NCBI GenBank assembly: GCA_965203355.1
Contig: OZ241889.1
Coordinates: 1,280,001-1,344,000 of the forward strand
Source: Candidatus Latescibacterota bacterium
GTDB lineage: Bacteria > Latescibacterota > UBA2968 > UBA8231
Length of the DNA: 64,000 bases
Direction of reading: 5' to 3'
In this document: positions 1 to 9,082 of the stretch, piece after piece
Layout: every line of letters begins with the position of its first letter
Position numbering within the stretch: the first letter of the stretch is position 1
Program-made: the position numbers and the translations under genes
The notes under the pieces: model-generated
What the model saw: the letters and a program-made list of their open reading frames with translations, nothing else
Database searches by the model: none
Told to the model about the DNA's origin: nothing

Positions 1-2
1 CT

Positions 3-758
3 TTTGCCCGCAACGCGATCTTCAGCGGGCTTTTTCCCAAAGAGATCGCCGACAAGTACCGCACCTTATGGCACGAGGTCCAAGACAACGAATACAGCCT
101 CAATCGGCACGAGCACCAATTCATCGACGATTTGGTCCGCGACATGGGCGTCGCGCTCAAACCGGGTTCGCACTACGTCAAAGTGCTAGACACCAGCGAG
201 GCCCGGAAACTGACCCGCAAGATACCGTCGCTGGGCAGGTGGCCGCTTGTGTCGGTGGTGTACAATTTTCTCGACATGTTGGTACACAGCCAAGCGCAGT
301 CGGACCTGCTCAAGGAGATGGCACCTAACGAGGTGGCCTTTCGCGCCTTGGTGCAGACGTGGTTTGGCAATGCGTCGCTTTTTGAAACCCTCAAGGCCAT
401 CGCCCGCACCAATGCGGTGGTAGTGCTGACGACCGACCACGGCTCCATGCGCGGTACGCGCGCTTCGGTGGTGTACGGAGACCGCAGCACGTCTTCGAGC
501 CTGCGCTACAAGTATGGTCATAACCTCCGCTGCGAGGAAAAAGACGCGCTGCGGATCGCCGATCTTCGGGCCTATGGACTGCCTTCGACCGGACTCGGGC
601 ATACCTTCGTCATTGCCCGCGAGGACTTCTACTTCGTTTATCCGACCGAGTTCAACAAGTACCAACGCCGCTACAAGGGCAGCTTCCAGCACGGCGGTAT
701 ATCCTTGGAAGAAATGATTTTGCCCGTGGCGATTATGGAACCCAAGTGGGCAAAATGA
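3..758 (+). CDS. PorX-like response regulator/PglZ-domain protein, C-terminal part (5' truncated by window edge)
   Basis: Frame open from position 3 (FARNAIFSGLFP...); PglZ/alkaline-phosphatase motifs YNFLDML, TTDHG, FQHGGISLEEM; ATGA overlap with tsaE, the usual porX-tsaE synteny. Confidence 0.85.
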   Translation, partial: FARNAIFSGLFPKEIADKYRTLWHEVQDNEYSLNRHEHQFIDDLVRDMGVALKPGSHYVKVLDTSEARKLTRKIPSLGRWPLVSVVYNFLDMLVHSQAQSDLLKEMAPNEVAFRALVQTWFGNASLFETLKAIARTNAVVVLTTDHGSMRGTRASVVYGDRSTSSSLRYKYGHNLRCEEKDALRIADLRAYGLPSTGLGHTFVIAREDFYFVYPTEFNKYQRRYKGSFQHGGISLEEMILPVAIMEPKWAK

Positions 759-1210
759 AGAGAGTTTTTACCACGCACTCGGCGGCTCAGACGCGCGCAC
801 TCGGTGCTGCGCTGGGGCGGCGCTTGGCACCGGGCGATGTGGTCGCTTTTCGCGGCGACTTGGGCAGCGGCAAGACCTGCATGATTCAAGGGGTGTGCGA
901 GGCGTTGCAAGTAGCCGATTGCGTCACGAGTCCGACCTTTATCCTGATCAACGAGTATGCCGGGCAATGTAAGGGGCGCGAGCTGCCCGTCTATCACTTT
1001 GATCTCTATAGGCTGGGGGGAGTTGAAGAACTTGAGAATCTAGGGGCCGAAGAGTACTTTTACGGCCGCGGTGTCTGCTTGATCGAGTGGGCCGAGCGTG
1101 CCGATGGCTCGCTGCCCGATAGATGCTGTCATGTGTGGCTAGAGCACGGGGAGGCTTGCGAGCGACGAATCACCTTGCAAGGGGATGGGGTAAGAGAAAT
1201 AGATTTCTGA
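755..1210 (+). CDS. tsaE: tRNA threonylcarbamoyladenosine biosynthesis ATPase TsaE
   Basis: GDLGSGKT Walker A, SPTF, HFDLYRL, IEWAE; ATG at 755 overlaps the upstream TGA. Confidence 0.95.
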   Translation: MKRVFTTHSAAQTRALGAALGRRLAPGDVVAFRGDLGSGKTCMIQGVCEALQVADCVTSPTFILINEYAGQCKGRELPVYHFDLYRLGGVEELENLGAEEYFYGRGVCLIEWAERADGSLPDRCCHVWLEHGEACERRITLQGDGVREIDF

Positions 1211-1240
1211 GCAACTGGCCACAGCCACAGGGAGGGAATT

Positions 1241-1969
1241 TTGCAGCGGCTGATACTGTGCCTTTGCATTGCCGCTGGACCGGCCGCGGCCGCTAAGGCC
1301 GAGTTGACGAGCTTGGTCGATAGCCCGACGGCCGGGCTGGTCAACAAGGGGCATTATGCGGTGAATGTTCGCCTGTTTGCCGATGGGGGAGCTGCCGGCC
1401 GCTTGCACGTCGGCGTGCTCAAGCGGCTGAGCGTGGGGGTATCTTTTGGCGGCGAGCAACTCATTGGCACGGGTGCGGTCCATTGGTATCCGCGCGTGGC
1501 AGTGGCCGCTCGGTGCCGGCTTCTCGAAGAGGGGTACACGTGGCCGGCGTTGCTCTTGGGCTTTGATTCCCAGGGCATCGGGCCGTATAGCGATCAGCGC
1601 TACCAAGTCAAGTCCAAAGGCTTCTATTTGGCACTGAGCAAGAATTACACCTCAATGCTAGGAGAACTCGGCGTCCACGCCGGCCTCAATCTGTCACGCG
1701 AAGATGCCGACGAGGGCGACTGGTCTGCGTGGTTGGGTCTCGACAAGAGTTTGCGATTTATGGCCTTATTCGCCGAATACGACTTGGGCCGCAACAACGG
1801 TCTGCAAGATCAGGGCTTGGTAGAAGGCTATTTGAACATCGGTGGGGCTTGGACCGTAGCGCCGCAGCTACGGGTCGCGTATTATTTTAAAAACGCGCTG
1901 AAAAGCGATCACTTCGGCTCCCAATCCATTCGGGAGTTGTCCGTCACGTACAGGAGCAAATTCCGATGA
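1241..1969 (+). CDS. Exported, probable outer-membrane beta-barrel protein (YjbH-like)
   Basis: Signal peptide, alternating hydrophobic strands, aromatic residue near C-terminus. Confidence 0.6.
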   Translation: MQRLILCLCIAAGPAAAAKAELTSLVDSPTAGLVNKGHYAVNVRLFADGGAAGRLHVGVLKRLSVGVSFGGEQLIGTGAVHWYPRVAVAARCRLLEEGYTWPALLLGFDSQGIGPYSDQRYQVKSKGFYLALSKNYTSMLGELGVHAGLNLSREDADEGDWSAWLGLDKSLRFMALFAEYDLGRNNGLQDQGLVEGYLNIGGAWTVAPQLRVAYYFKNALKSDHFGSQSIRELSVTYRSKFR

Positions 1970-3324
1970 AGATACTGGTTATTGCCTTGCTTTGCGTGTG
2001 GGTCCGCGGCGCGGTGGCCCAAGAGGAACGGGCCATCGACAACTTTGCTGGAGTTGGGGTGCGGGCCATGGGTATGGGTGGTGCCTTTGTTGGGGTGGCC
2101 GACGATTTCACGGCCATGTACTGGAATCCGGCGGGCTTAGCCCAGATGCAGCAGCGCGAGATACAGGTTTCTTTGCTGCGCAATAGCCGCGCCAACGACT
2201 CGATTTTCAACGGCACTCCGGGGCGAAGCGAACTGACCAATACGCGCTTTGGCTCGCTGGGCTTTGTCTTTCCCTATCCGGTTTATCGCGGCAGCTTGGT
2301 TTTGGCGGCTGGTTTTAGCCGCATCAAGGACTTCGACTGGAATTTGAGTCAAAAAGAAGAAGCGCAGGGCCTGAACGAAGGTCGCCGTTACTTGGAGCTC
2401 AGCGATGAATTCTTCCAGCACGAGGGCGAATTGGGATTGTGGGGAGTGTCCGCCGCGGTTGACGTGTCCCCGGCCGTGTCGTTGGGCGCGACGCTGGGCT
2501 TGATTAGCGGCGAGGACGAGACTACAAACGAGTTTAATAGGACCTTTACCTATCCAGAGGACAAATCTGTTGAACAGGAAGACAAAACGTGGCCCATTTT
2601 TGGTCAGAGCCGCGAAGCCTATATAGACGAGTATGAGAGGAACCTGTATGCCGTTTTCGGTGCCATGATACGGGCACCACGCGACAAGCCGCGTTACCGA
2701 CTAGGTGCGACCTTCGCCACTGGGGCTGTACATAAAGTTCGCTATGACTTTCGCGGTCTTTTAGGGGATACGGAATACAGCTTGGTCGAGTACGACGACG
2801 GGACGGAGGAGAAATTTGACGATGATACCCTTCGTGGCACCTATGAGCTTGCGCTACCTTTTGAGTTCGGCGTGGGCACTTCAGCTGAGGCATTGCCGGG
2901 CCTGACGCTGGCGGGTAGCCTGCATTTGGCCGAGTGGTCGCAGAGCGAGTACAAGGGGGCCGATGAAAATGGCCTGCGCGCCGAGACTTCGTTTGAGGTT
3001 CAGTACAGAGACGTCTGGCGCTATCACTTCGGCGTCGAGTACCAAGTCCCGGTCGTCGCGCTGGATCTGCGGGCAGGCTACTTCGTGGACCCGATTCCCT
3101 TTGTCGGCCCGCGCGACCTCGGCTCCGCCGATCCGCCGATCCGCATTGATGAGGACCGGCGCTTTATCACCCTCGGGGCCGGGATATTGATCGACGAGGC
3201 TGTCCAAGTAGATCTGGCTTGGGTGCGGGGTACGTTTAATCAAGTGGAAGAATACTCGGGCAACATCCTTAGCGAAAAGCATACCGTCAATCGCCTCGTC
3301 GTCGGAGTAGGCTACAACTTTTAG
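1966..3324 (+). CDS. OmpP1/FadL-family outer-membrane transporter
   Basis: GVRAMGMGGAFVGVADD..YWNPAGL N-terminal motif; C-terminal GYNF. Confidence 0.85.
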   Translation: MKILVIALLCVWVRGAVAQEERAIDNFAGVGVRAMGMGGAFVGVADDFTAMYWNPAGLAQMQQREIQVSLLRNSRANDSIFNGTPGRSELTNTRFGSLGFVFPYPVYRGSLVLAAGFSRIKDFDWNLSQKEEAQGLNEGRRYLELSDEFFQHEGELGLWGVSAAVDVSPAVSLGATLGLISGEDETTNEFNRTFTYPEDKSVEQEDKTWPIFGQSREAYIDEYERNLYAVFGAMIRAPRDKPRYRLGATFATGAVHKVRYDFRGLLGDTEYSLVEYDDGTEEKFDDDTLRGTYELALPFEFGVGTSAEALPGLTLAGSLHLAEWSQSEYKGADENGLRAETSFEVQYRDVWRYHFGVEYQVPVVALDLRAGYFVDPIPFVGPRDLGSADPPIRIDEDRRFITLGAGILIDEAVQVDLAWVRGTFNQVEEYSGNILSEKHTVNRLVVGVGYNF

Positions 3325-3406
3325 ATCGTTTTTTTGGTTTCAGTCGATGGTTTGTGTATATTCAAGGCAAGCAATGAGTTTAACGCTCCTTAAAGGAGGT
3401 TAGGTT

Positions 3407-4093
3407 ATGAAAGCGAAGCCTTTGATCTTGTGCTCGGTCCTGTCGCTGACCGCGCTGATGGCCAGTGGCTGCTACACGGTGCTTAGCAGCCCGTACAGGG
3501 TGGCCGACCTACACGACGAGGAGCCTACCCGCGATGTCGAGGCTCCCACGGTTGGCCAGTTTGACGACCGCGACTACATGGACGATCTCTACCGCTATCC
3601 GGGTGTGCGCGGTGGTTATGGTCGCTATGGCGGCTACTACGGTGGCTATGGCGGTTATGGTGGCTACCATCCCCACTACTACGGCGACTACCCCTACTAC
3701 TATGGCGGCTATGGCCCCTATAGTTACGGCTACGATCCGTACTATCGGAGTTCGCGCGGTTACTACGTGTCGCCCGGGTATAGACTGATCAGTACGCGCG
3801 AACTCGACGATTTGCGTGCGGCGAGTCGATTGAATGTGACGCCGGCCGTTGTCGATCCGGCAGCGGCTGCCGAAATACAGCGCCGCGAAGAAAATGTGTG
3901 GCAGCGGCGGGTAGAGCCTCGAGTGCGCAGTGCTTCGCCACCGCCACCGCGTACCACCTCTTCGGTCAGCACTGGTACGTCTTCGCCGCAAACTAGAGCG
4001 TCAAAGGCATCTTCTGCGCCAGCGTCAAAAACTAAAACTACGACTCGGAAAGAAAAAGTGGCTATACCCAAAAAGCCAAAGCGTCGCCGCTGA
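3407..4093 (+). CDS. Hypothetical lipoprotein with Tyr/Gly-rich low-complexity segment and basic C-terminal tail
   Basis: AAAGGAGG RBS, lipobox MASGC, GGY/PYY repeats, Ser/Thr/Lys-rich tail. Confidence 0.75.
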   Translation: MKAKPLILCSVLSLTALMASGCYTVLSSPYRVADLHDEEPTRDVEAPTVGQFDDRDYMDDLYRYPGVRGGYGRYGGYYGGYGGYGGYHPHYYGDYPYYYGGYGPYSYGYDPYYRSSRGYYVSPGYRLISTRELDDLRAASRLNVTPAVVDPAAAAEIQRREENVWQRRVEPRVRSASPPPPRTTSSVSTGTSSPQTRASKASSAPASKTKTTTRKEKVAIPKKPKRRR

Positions 4094-4110
4094 TTTTTTG
4101 CCAAAGATGC

Positions 4111-4152
4111 ACAAAGAAGCGGAGGTCTTTTCGTGGCCTCCGCTTCTTTTGT
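4111..4152 (+). terminator. Intrinsic terminator, potentially bidirectional
   Basis: AAAGAAGCGGAGG...CCTCCGCTTCTTTT hairpin just after the 3407..4093 stop. Confidence 0.8.
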
Positions 4153-4247
4153 GTTTAAGCGATTGAAATTGTTGCGGGATAATTCGATTCTGTGGCATCC
4201 GACAGTACCAATAACGCCGCCTTTTGCAACGAGCTGCGGCGAAAAAA

Positions 4248-4517
4248 GAAAATGGGACCTCAAACCGAAGATTGAGGTCCCATTTCCGTGCCTTGCGGTG
4301 TCGTGTGTGCTACTTGAGCAGCAGCATCTTCTGGACGGCGAGGAACGCTTCACCCGCCTGCAAGCGGTCCGTAGGCTGTCGCTCTGACGTTCATACGAAA
4401 ATGGGACCTCAAACCGAAGACTAAGGTCCCATTTCCGTGCCTTGCGATGTCGTGTGTGCTACTTGAGCAGTAGCATCTTCTGGATGGCGAGGAAATCACC
4501 GCCCGCTTGCAAGCGGT
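4248..4517. repeat. Two ~121-bp direct repeats (4248-4368 and 4397-4517): terminator hairpin plus last codons of a FlgD-Ig-type C-terminal domain
   Basis: GAAAATGGGACCTCAAACCGAAGA(TTG/CTA)AGGTCCCATTTCCGTGCCTTGCG...CAAGCGGT occurs twice, 149 bp apart. Confidence 0.92.
4310..4368 (-). pseudogene. Remnant 3' end of a paralogous secreted-protein gene (RLQAGEAFLAVQKMLLLK*)
   Basis: Translates to a near copy of the C-terminus of 4459..8223 (RLQAGGDFLAIQKMLLLK*) with no upstream gene body. Confidence 0.75.
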
Positions 4518-7500
4518 AGAAGTACATCCCGGACGATACGCTCTGGCCGCGGTCGTTGGTCGCGTCCCACTCCACCGCGTAACGACCGGCACTCTGATGC
4601 TCGGCGACCAGCGTCCGAATCGGCTGACCCAACACGTTATACACGATCAATCCCACGTCCGCCGCCTGCGGCAACGCATACTGAATCGTCGTCTGCGGGT
4701 TGAACGGGTTCGGATAGTTGGCTGCCAGCGAGAACACGGCCGGCCGCGTCTGTAACGACACCGGCTTGCCGGATCCGCTGTTGAACACATCGAACAACGT
4801 GCTCAGGTCGCCCAAGTCCAGCATCGGGTTGACCGTGATTGTGAACGTCAGCGAGACGCTTTCGGCGCCCGCCGTCGCCGTGTAGGTGACCTCAACGGCC
4901 CCATCGGTCGCTGCGTCCGGCGTCCCGGAAATCGTCCGGGTGGTCGCGTTAAACGACAGCCCGGCTGGCAAATCCGACACGCTATACGTGATGGCTCCCT
5001 CGCCGCTCCGCGCCGCCGGCAGGACCAACGGCGTAATCGCCGTGCCCGCCGTATAGGTGTGTGCGGCAATCGAAGCGCCCTCGACGAAAGCTAAGGAGAG
5101 CGTCATATCCTCATCGCTGTCGATCATGCCGCTATCCACGTCGGTCAGCACCAGCGTCGCCGAACCCGCTGTCAAGCCCGGTCCCCTCGCGTGGAGGACG
5201 ATCGTCTCGTCCCCTTCGGCCAAACCATCGGCGACCGGGTCAATCCAAAAGCGCGTCGAACCCATAAGCGAACCGGCCGCAATGGTAACGTCTGGATCGA
5301 ACCGGGCCGAGTAGTCCGTACCGCGCGTGGCACTCGAAGCCGCGTCAATCGAGATGGCGACCGTCGCATCCGTGGCCAACGGCTGGCCGTCCAACGCAGC
5401 CATGACCATTACCTCGGTCCATTCTGCGGACTCGCTAATCGCGCTCGGCATCACCGACACGACCAGCGCCGTGCTGGCCGTCTCGTCGTCGGAAATCCGC
5501 AGGTCCACTTGTCCCCAGCCGCCCGAAGCCGCCGCCCGGATCCCCAAATACTTATGACCGTCCGTTGCCGAATTGTCGATGGGCGACAGGAAAAGCGTCG
5601 TCGAACCCACCGTCTCGCCGGCCGCGATGGTGATCGTCCCCGCCCATGTCGCGGTGTAATCCACGTTGCGGGTGGCCATCGTCCCGCTGGCTGGCGGCAC
5701 CAGCGTGAAGCGAATCGTCTCCGCCGTCGGGGCCGCCCCCACCAACGTCGCCGTAACGCGGATTTCGATCGGCGCGCCGTTTTCGCGCACGACCGCTGGC
5801 GAAGCCATCACCCGGGCGACCCCGACGACCGGCTGGGCTTCCCGGACCGTGAGGGTGAAGGTTCGGGCGGCGCGGTCGCCGTCGCTATCGAGCACCGTAT
5901 AGACGAGCGTGGCCAGGCCCACGGCGGTCGGCGTCCCGGCAATCGTCCGGGTGGCCGGGTCAAACGCCAGCCCGGCCGGCAGCCCGGTCGAGATGCTATA
6001 AGTCAGCGTCCCTTCGCCCATGGCGGCGGGCAACACCGCGCTAAATGCCCGCCCCACCGTTGCTTCAAAGGCTAAGGCTAACGGGCCCGCGGCGAAGCGA
6101 GGCCGGCCGAGGTCGGCGGGCGCATCCGAATCCGTCGGCGTCGCGCCATCGATCAGCGTGATCGTTGCGGTATGGACCGCGAAGGTCGCGCCGGCTTGGT
6201 TTTTGAGGTCGTCGGTCAACAGCGTTAGCGTGATCGTCTCGTGGGTGTCGGCTTGTCCGTCGGGGAGCGGGGTGATCGCAATCGTCGCGGTTCCGGACAC
6301 CGAACCGCGCGGAATCGTCAGCGTCGTCAGCCGCGCCAGATAGTCCACATCGCGCGTCGCCGCTAGGTCGGAGGCGTGGTCCAAGACCAACGTGAGGGTC
6401 GCATCTGCGTCGAGCCCTTGGCCGTCTAAGGTCCCTGTCACCGTAACCGTCGTCTCGCCCGCGTCCTCTTCGATCTCACTCGGACGCACCGACAGAGTGA
6501 TGTTCTCGCTCAGCGTTTCATCGTAAGTGATTGGCTCATCGTAAGAGATCGGCGCATCATTGGTAGGCGGCGCATCGTTGGTCGGCGGCGGATCGTTGGT
6601 GGGCGTGGAATTCGTATCGTCGCTTCTGACAGCTTGCATAATCGGCAGCACGAGTTTGCCGTATCCGCTGTCGTTGTCCTTGCCCGGCGGTCCGATGTCA
6701 ACCGTTGCCGCGATCAGGGCATCCCACAATTGAGTACGCGAGTACGATGGATTCGCCGACTTGATCAGCGCGGCCGCGCCAGCCACGTGGGGAGCCGCCG
6801 CGGAAGTCCCCCAAAAGCCACCGGCACCATAAGTAACGGTCGATACTCCAATAGGTGCGACGAGGTCGGGCTTGATGCGACCATCGGTCGTAGGCCCTCG
6901 GGAACTCTCATCTTGAACCCGACCTAGGTCGTAATCGTTATAATGGATCGCGCCGACGGTCATAGCCCCTCTGGCGTCTCCAGGAGGCTGGATACTGCTC
7001 TTGGCAACCGCATACTCTGCCAAATCGACATCAGAAAATATCTTTAGCTTCATAGGCTGGGCACTCACATTATCGTCCAAATAAACCCCTATGCCATAGT
7101 CCCCCGACTTTGGTGCCTTTATTTCGATACGTTCATAAGGCGTGCCACCGGAACCGTGTTGAGTAGTGGTACTGTAGGTGACTCGTTCTAAAGTGCCGTC
7201 GGCTTTTTCAAAATAGAGATACAGGTCGTAGTCTTGGTAGGAGGTGGGCCAATCATCCCAAGTCAAGTAAACAGATATATCATCCCCGGCCTCGGCTTTA
7301 AACGACAGTGTCTCGTCTTCTTGGCTACTAAAGTTGTGCCAACGATCCCCATCGGGATCAGACCATACCCCTTCGTAATGTTTCTCGGCCTCATTGCCCG
7401 CCGCATTGACCCAGAGAATGCCGTTGTCGGCCGCGTCATTTACAATGTCGCAGACCGGCCCACGGCCGTCGCCAAAGCCATTAGGCCAAGTTATGGAATG

Positions 7501-8223
7501 ATTGATTATGTCAATTCCCTCTCGTATGCAAAAGTCTTTGGCATTCTCAAGGTCAACTAAATCGCCTGTCTTCAGCAGCGTGAGTTCGGCTTCAGGAGCC
7601 ATATCGTGGACGACCTCGGCACAAGCGGTGCCGTGGGCAAAAAAGCGTTCAGGACCGTCGTAGGCGTCCATCCCGTCCCCGGTAAAGTCGAAATTCTTCA
7701 CATCCGTCGGCAGGTCTGAGCCTAATTGATCCGCCCCCTTAAATGCGACATCAATAATCGCCACCTTGACCCCTTGGCCGCTCACACCATTGCGGTGATT
7801 ATCATGCGCTTTGGTGACTTGCACCCCTTCGCTGACAGTCTGTTGCGGATGCGGCCGACGCGGCCGGCGAACAAAGCGAACCCCCGGTAGCTCGGAAACC
7901 GCCCGCAACGCCGCCGCCGGAACCGAAACCCGCATCAGACTCTTGGACTGGGCGCGCACCGTCCCGCCCCGTGCCGCCAGTGCCGACGTATCAATCGAAG
8001 CCGACCCTTGACCAAGATGTGGAACCAAGATGACGACGACCGTATCCTGCAAATCGCTAACCGGCTTGCCGGCTCGGGGTGCGGCCAAGGCCCACAACGC
8101 ACTTTCTAGCTTGGCCGGGCCGGCGGGTTTGTCAGGTGGGGAAAAGTCTATGTTCTGTCCCCAAAGGGATGTATAGCTCAGGACGCCCAAGAAAAGGGCG
8201 ATTGTCCTGCTTTTTGATTGCAT
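4459..8223 (-). CDS. Secreted S8 (subtilisin-like) serine peptidase with putative Ig (He_PIG-like)/Calx-beta-like repeats and C-terminal FlgD-Ig/'Por-like' sorting domain
   Basis: Triad IID, AHGTACA, GTSAAAPH; NAAGN; LPAGLAFDPATRTIAGTP Ig repeats; NYPNPFNP...YRLQAG...KMLLLK tail; start chosen at MQSKS after GGGAGG. Confidence 0.9.
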   Translation of the reverse strand: MQSKSRTIALFLGVLSYTSLWGQNIDFSPPDKPAGPAKLESALWALAAPRAGKPVSDLQDTVVVILVPHLGQGSASIDTSALAARGGTVRAQSKSLMRVSVPAAALRAVSELPGVRFVRRPRRPHPQQTVSEGVQVTKAHDNHRNGVSGQGVKVAIIDVAFKGADQLGSDLPTDVKNFDFTGDGMDAYDGPERFFAHGTACAEVVHDMAPEAELTLLKTGDLVDLENAKDFCIREGIDIINHSITWPNGFGDGRGPVCDIVNDAADNGILWVNAAGNEAEKHYEGVWSDPDGDRWHNFSSQEDETLSFKAEAGDDISVYLTWDDWPTSYQDYDLYLYFEKADGTLERVTYSTTTQHGSGGTPYERIEIKAPKSGDYGIGVYLDDNVSAQPMKLKIFSDVDLAEYAVAKSSIQPPGDARGAMTVGAIHYNDYDLGRVQDESSRGPTTDGRIKPDLVAPIGVSTVTYGAGGFWGTSAAAPHVAGAAALIKSANPSYSRTQLWDALIAATVDIGPPGKDNDSGYGKLVLPIMQAVRSDDTNSTPTNDPPPTNDAPPTNDAPISYDEPITYDETLSENITLSVRPSEIEEDAGETTVTVTGTLDGQGLDADATLTLVLDHASDLAATRDVDYLARLTTLTIPRGSVSGTATIAITPLPDGQADTHETITLTLLTDDLKNQAGATFAVHTATITLIDGATPTDSDAPADLGRPRFAAGPLALAFEATVGRAFSAVLPAAMGEGTLTYSISTGLPAGLAFDPATRTIAGTPTAVGLATLVYTVLDSDGDRAARTFTLTVREAQPVVGVARVMASPAVVRENGAPIEIRVTATLVGAAPTAETIRFTLVPPASGTMATRNVDYTATWAGTITIAAGETVGSTTLFLSPIDNSATDGHKYLGIRAAASGGWGQVDLRISDDETASTALVVSVMPSAISESAEWTEVMVMAALDGQPLATDATVAISIDAASSATRGTDYSARFDPDVTIAAGSLMGSTRFWIDPVADGLAEGDETIVLHARGPGLTAGSATLVLTDVDSGMIDSDEDMTLSLAFVEGASIAAHTYTAGTAITPLVLPAARSGEGAITYSVSDLPAGLSFNATTRTISGTPDAATDGAVEVTYTATAGAESVSLTFTITVNPMLDLGDLSTLFDVFNSGSGKPVSLQTRPAVFSLAANYPNPFNPQTTIQYALPQAADVGLIVYNVLGQPIRTLVAEHQSAGRYAVEWDATNDRGQSVSSGMYFYRLQAGGDFLAIQKMLLLK
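6518..6603 (-). repeat. Degenerate 18-bp tandem repeats encoding a PTNDPP/PTNDAP/ISYDEP linker
   Basis: PTNDPPPTNDAPPTNDAPISYDEPITYDE in translation; periodic DNA. Confidence 0.75.
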
Positions 8224-8398
8224 CGGAGCCCTCCCATGCTTCTTCAAAAACTTCAAAACGGTGATTAGTTAAATAAGAGCGAGAAATTTCCACAATGGTT
8301 GAAGCGCCCGCATCCCCGCGTGTTCGGGACAGTAGCTCCAGCTTGACAATTCAATAGAGGGGAAATTCTGTTCGGGGCGGTAAAACCGTTTTTTGTGC

Positions 8399-9082
8399 CT
8401 AGTCGCCGCTTAGATCAAAATGGCGGGTCTGTGGTTTGGGTGGCGGGGCGATGCGGAAAAGGAAGCGTTGTAGTGGCCGGGCAAGAGCCATGAGTAATTG
8501 GCGCTCGCCTTGTTTGTTGCCGCCGAAAAGCTGTAGTTGCACCGGTTGGTAATTGCGCTGTGTGCCCCCTTGTTGCCAGACTTGATTGGTGTTGAGATTG
8601 ATCAAGCTGACTTTGAGATCTATGGTCAGGTCAATGCCGGGGTTGGGCGACATGCCATAGGGCGTGGGCGACATGGGCATCATCCGCGCCTGTAAGTGCT
8701 TCAGCTCGACGAACACTAAGGCGTCGAGCACGAGTTCTTCCTTGAGAACGGTCCGCACCGAGTCTTGGTGGACGCTCGTCGAGTCGAGGCGAATCCCCTT
8801 GAGCTTGTAGGTGATTTCGTCTTGGTTCATCACTTCGGTCTTGGGCATGTTGCCGAGGCTGCGGACCACGGCATTGGACAGCCGCGCCATGACCTTTTCG
8901 ATGTCCAACTCGCGAAAGGGTTCGATGTTGGTCGCGCAAACGACGCCGATGTGATCGACTTCCGCGAGGTAGGGGCGCAAGACCGGATCGGGTTGCGACG
9001 GGGCGCGAAACTCGACGTGGGTAAAAGCACTGCGGCCACCGCAGCCCACCAGGCCAATGAGCAATATGAGAACAGCAATCAA
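8399..9082 (-). CDS. Hypothetical lipoprotein
   Basis: Lipobox LVGC; TTG start overlaps the upstream stop. Confidence 0.65.
   Translation of the reverse strand: MIAVLILLIGLVGCGGRSAFTHVEFRAPSQPDPVLRPYLAEVDHIGVVCATNIEPFRELDIEKVMARLSNAVVRSLGNMPKTEVMNQDEITYKLKGIRLDSTSVHQDSVRTVLKEELVLDALVFVELKHLQARMMPMSPTPYGMSPNPGIDLTIDLKVSLINLNTNQVWQQGGTQRNYQPVQLQLFGGNKQGERQLLMALARPLQRFLFRIAPPPKPQTRHFDLSGD

Noticed and set aside
4248-4517. Possible CRISPR array or DGR template/variable repeat pair
   Set aside because: Only two 121-bp copies, no cas or reverse-transcriptase gene, and differences are not adenine-specific
5191-6075. Long antisense ORFs (also 11455..12336, 29722..30741 and similar)
   Set aside because: Shadow ORFs expected opposite high-GC genes; no motifs or RBS
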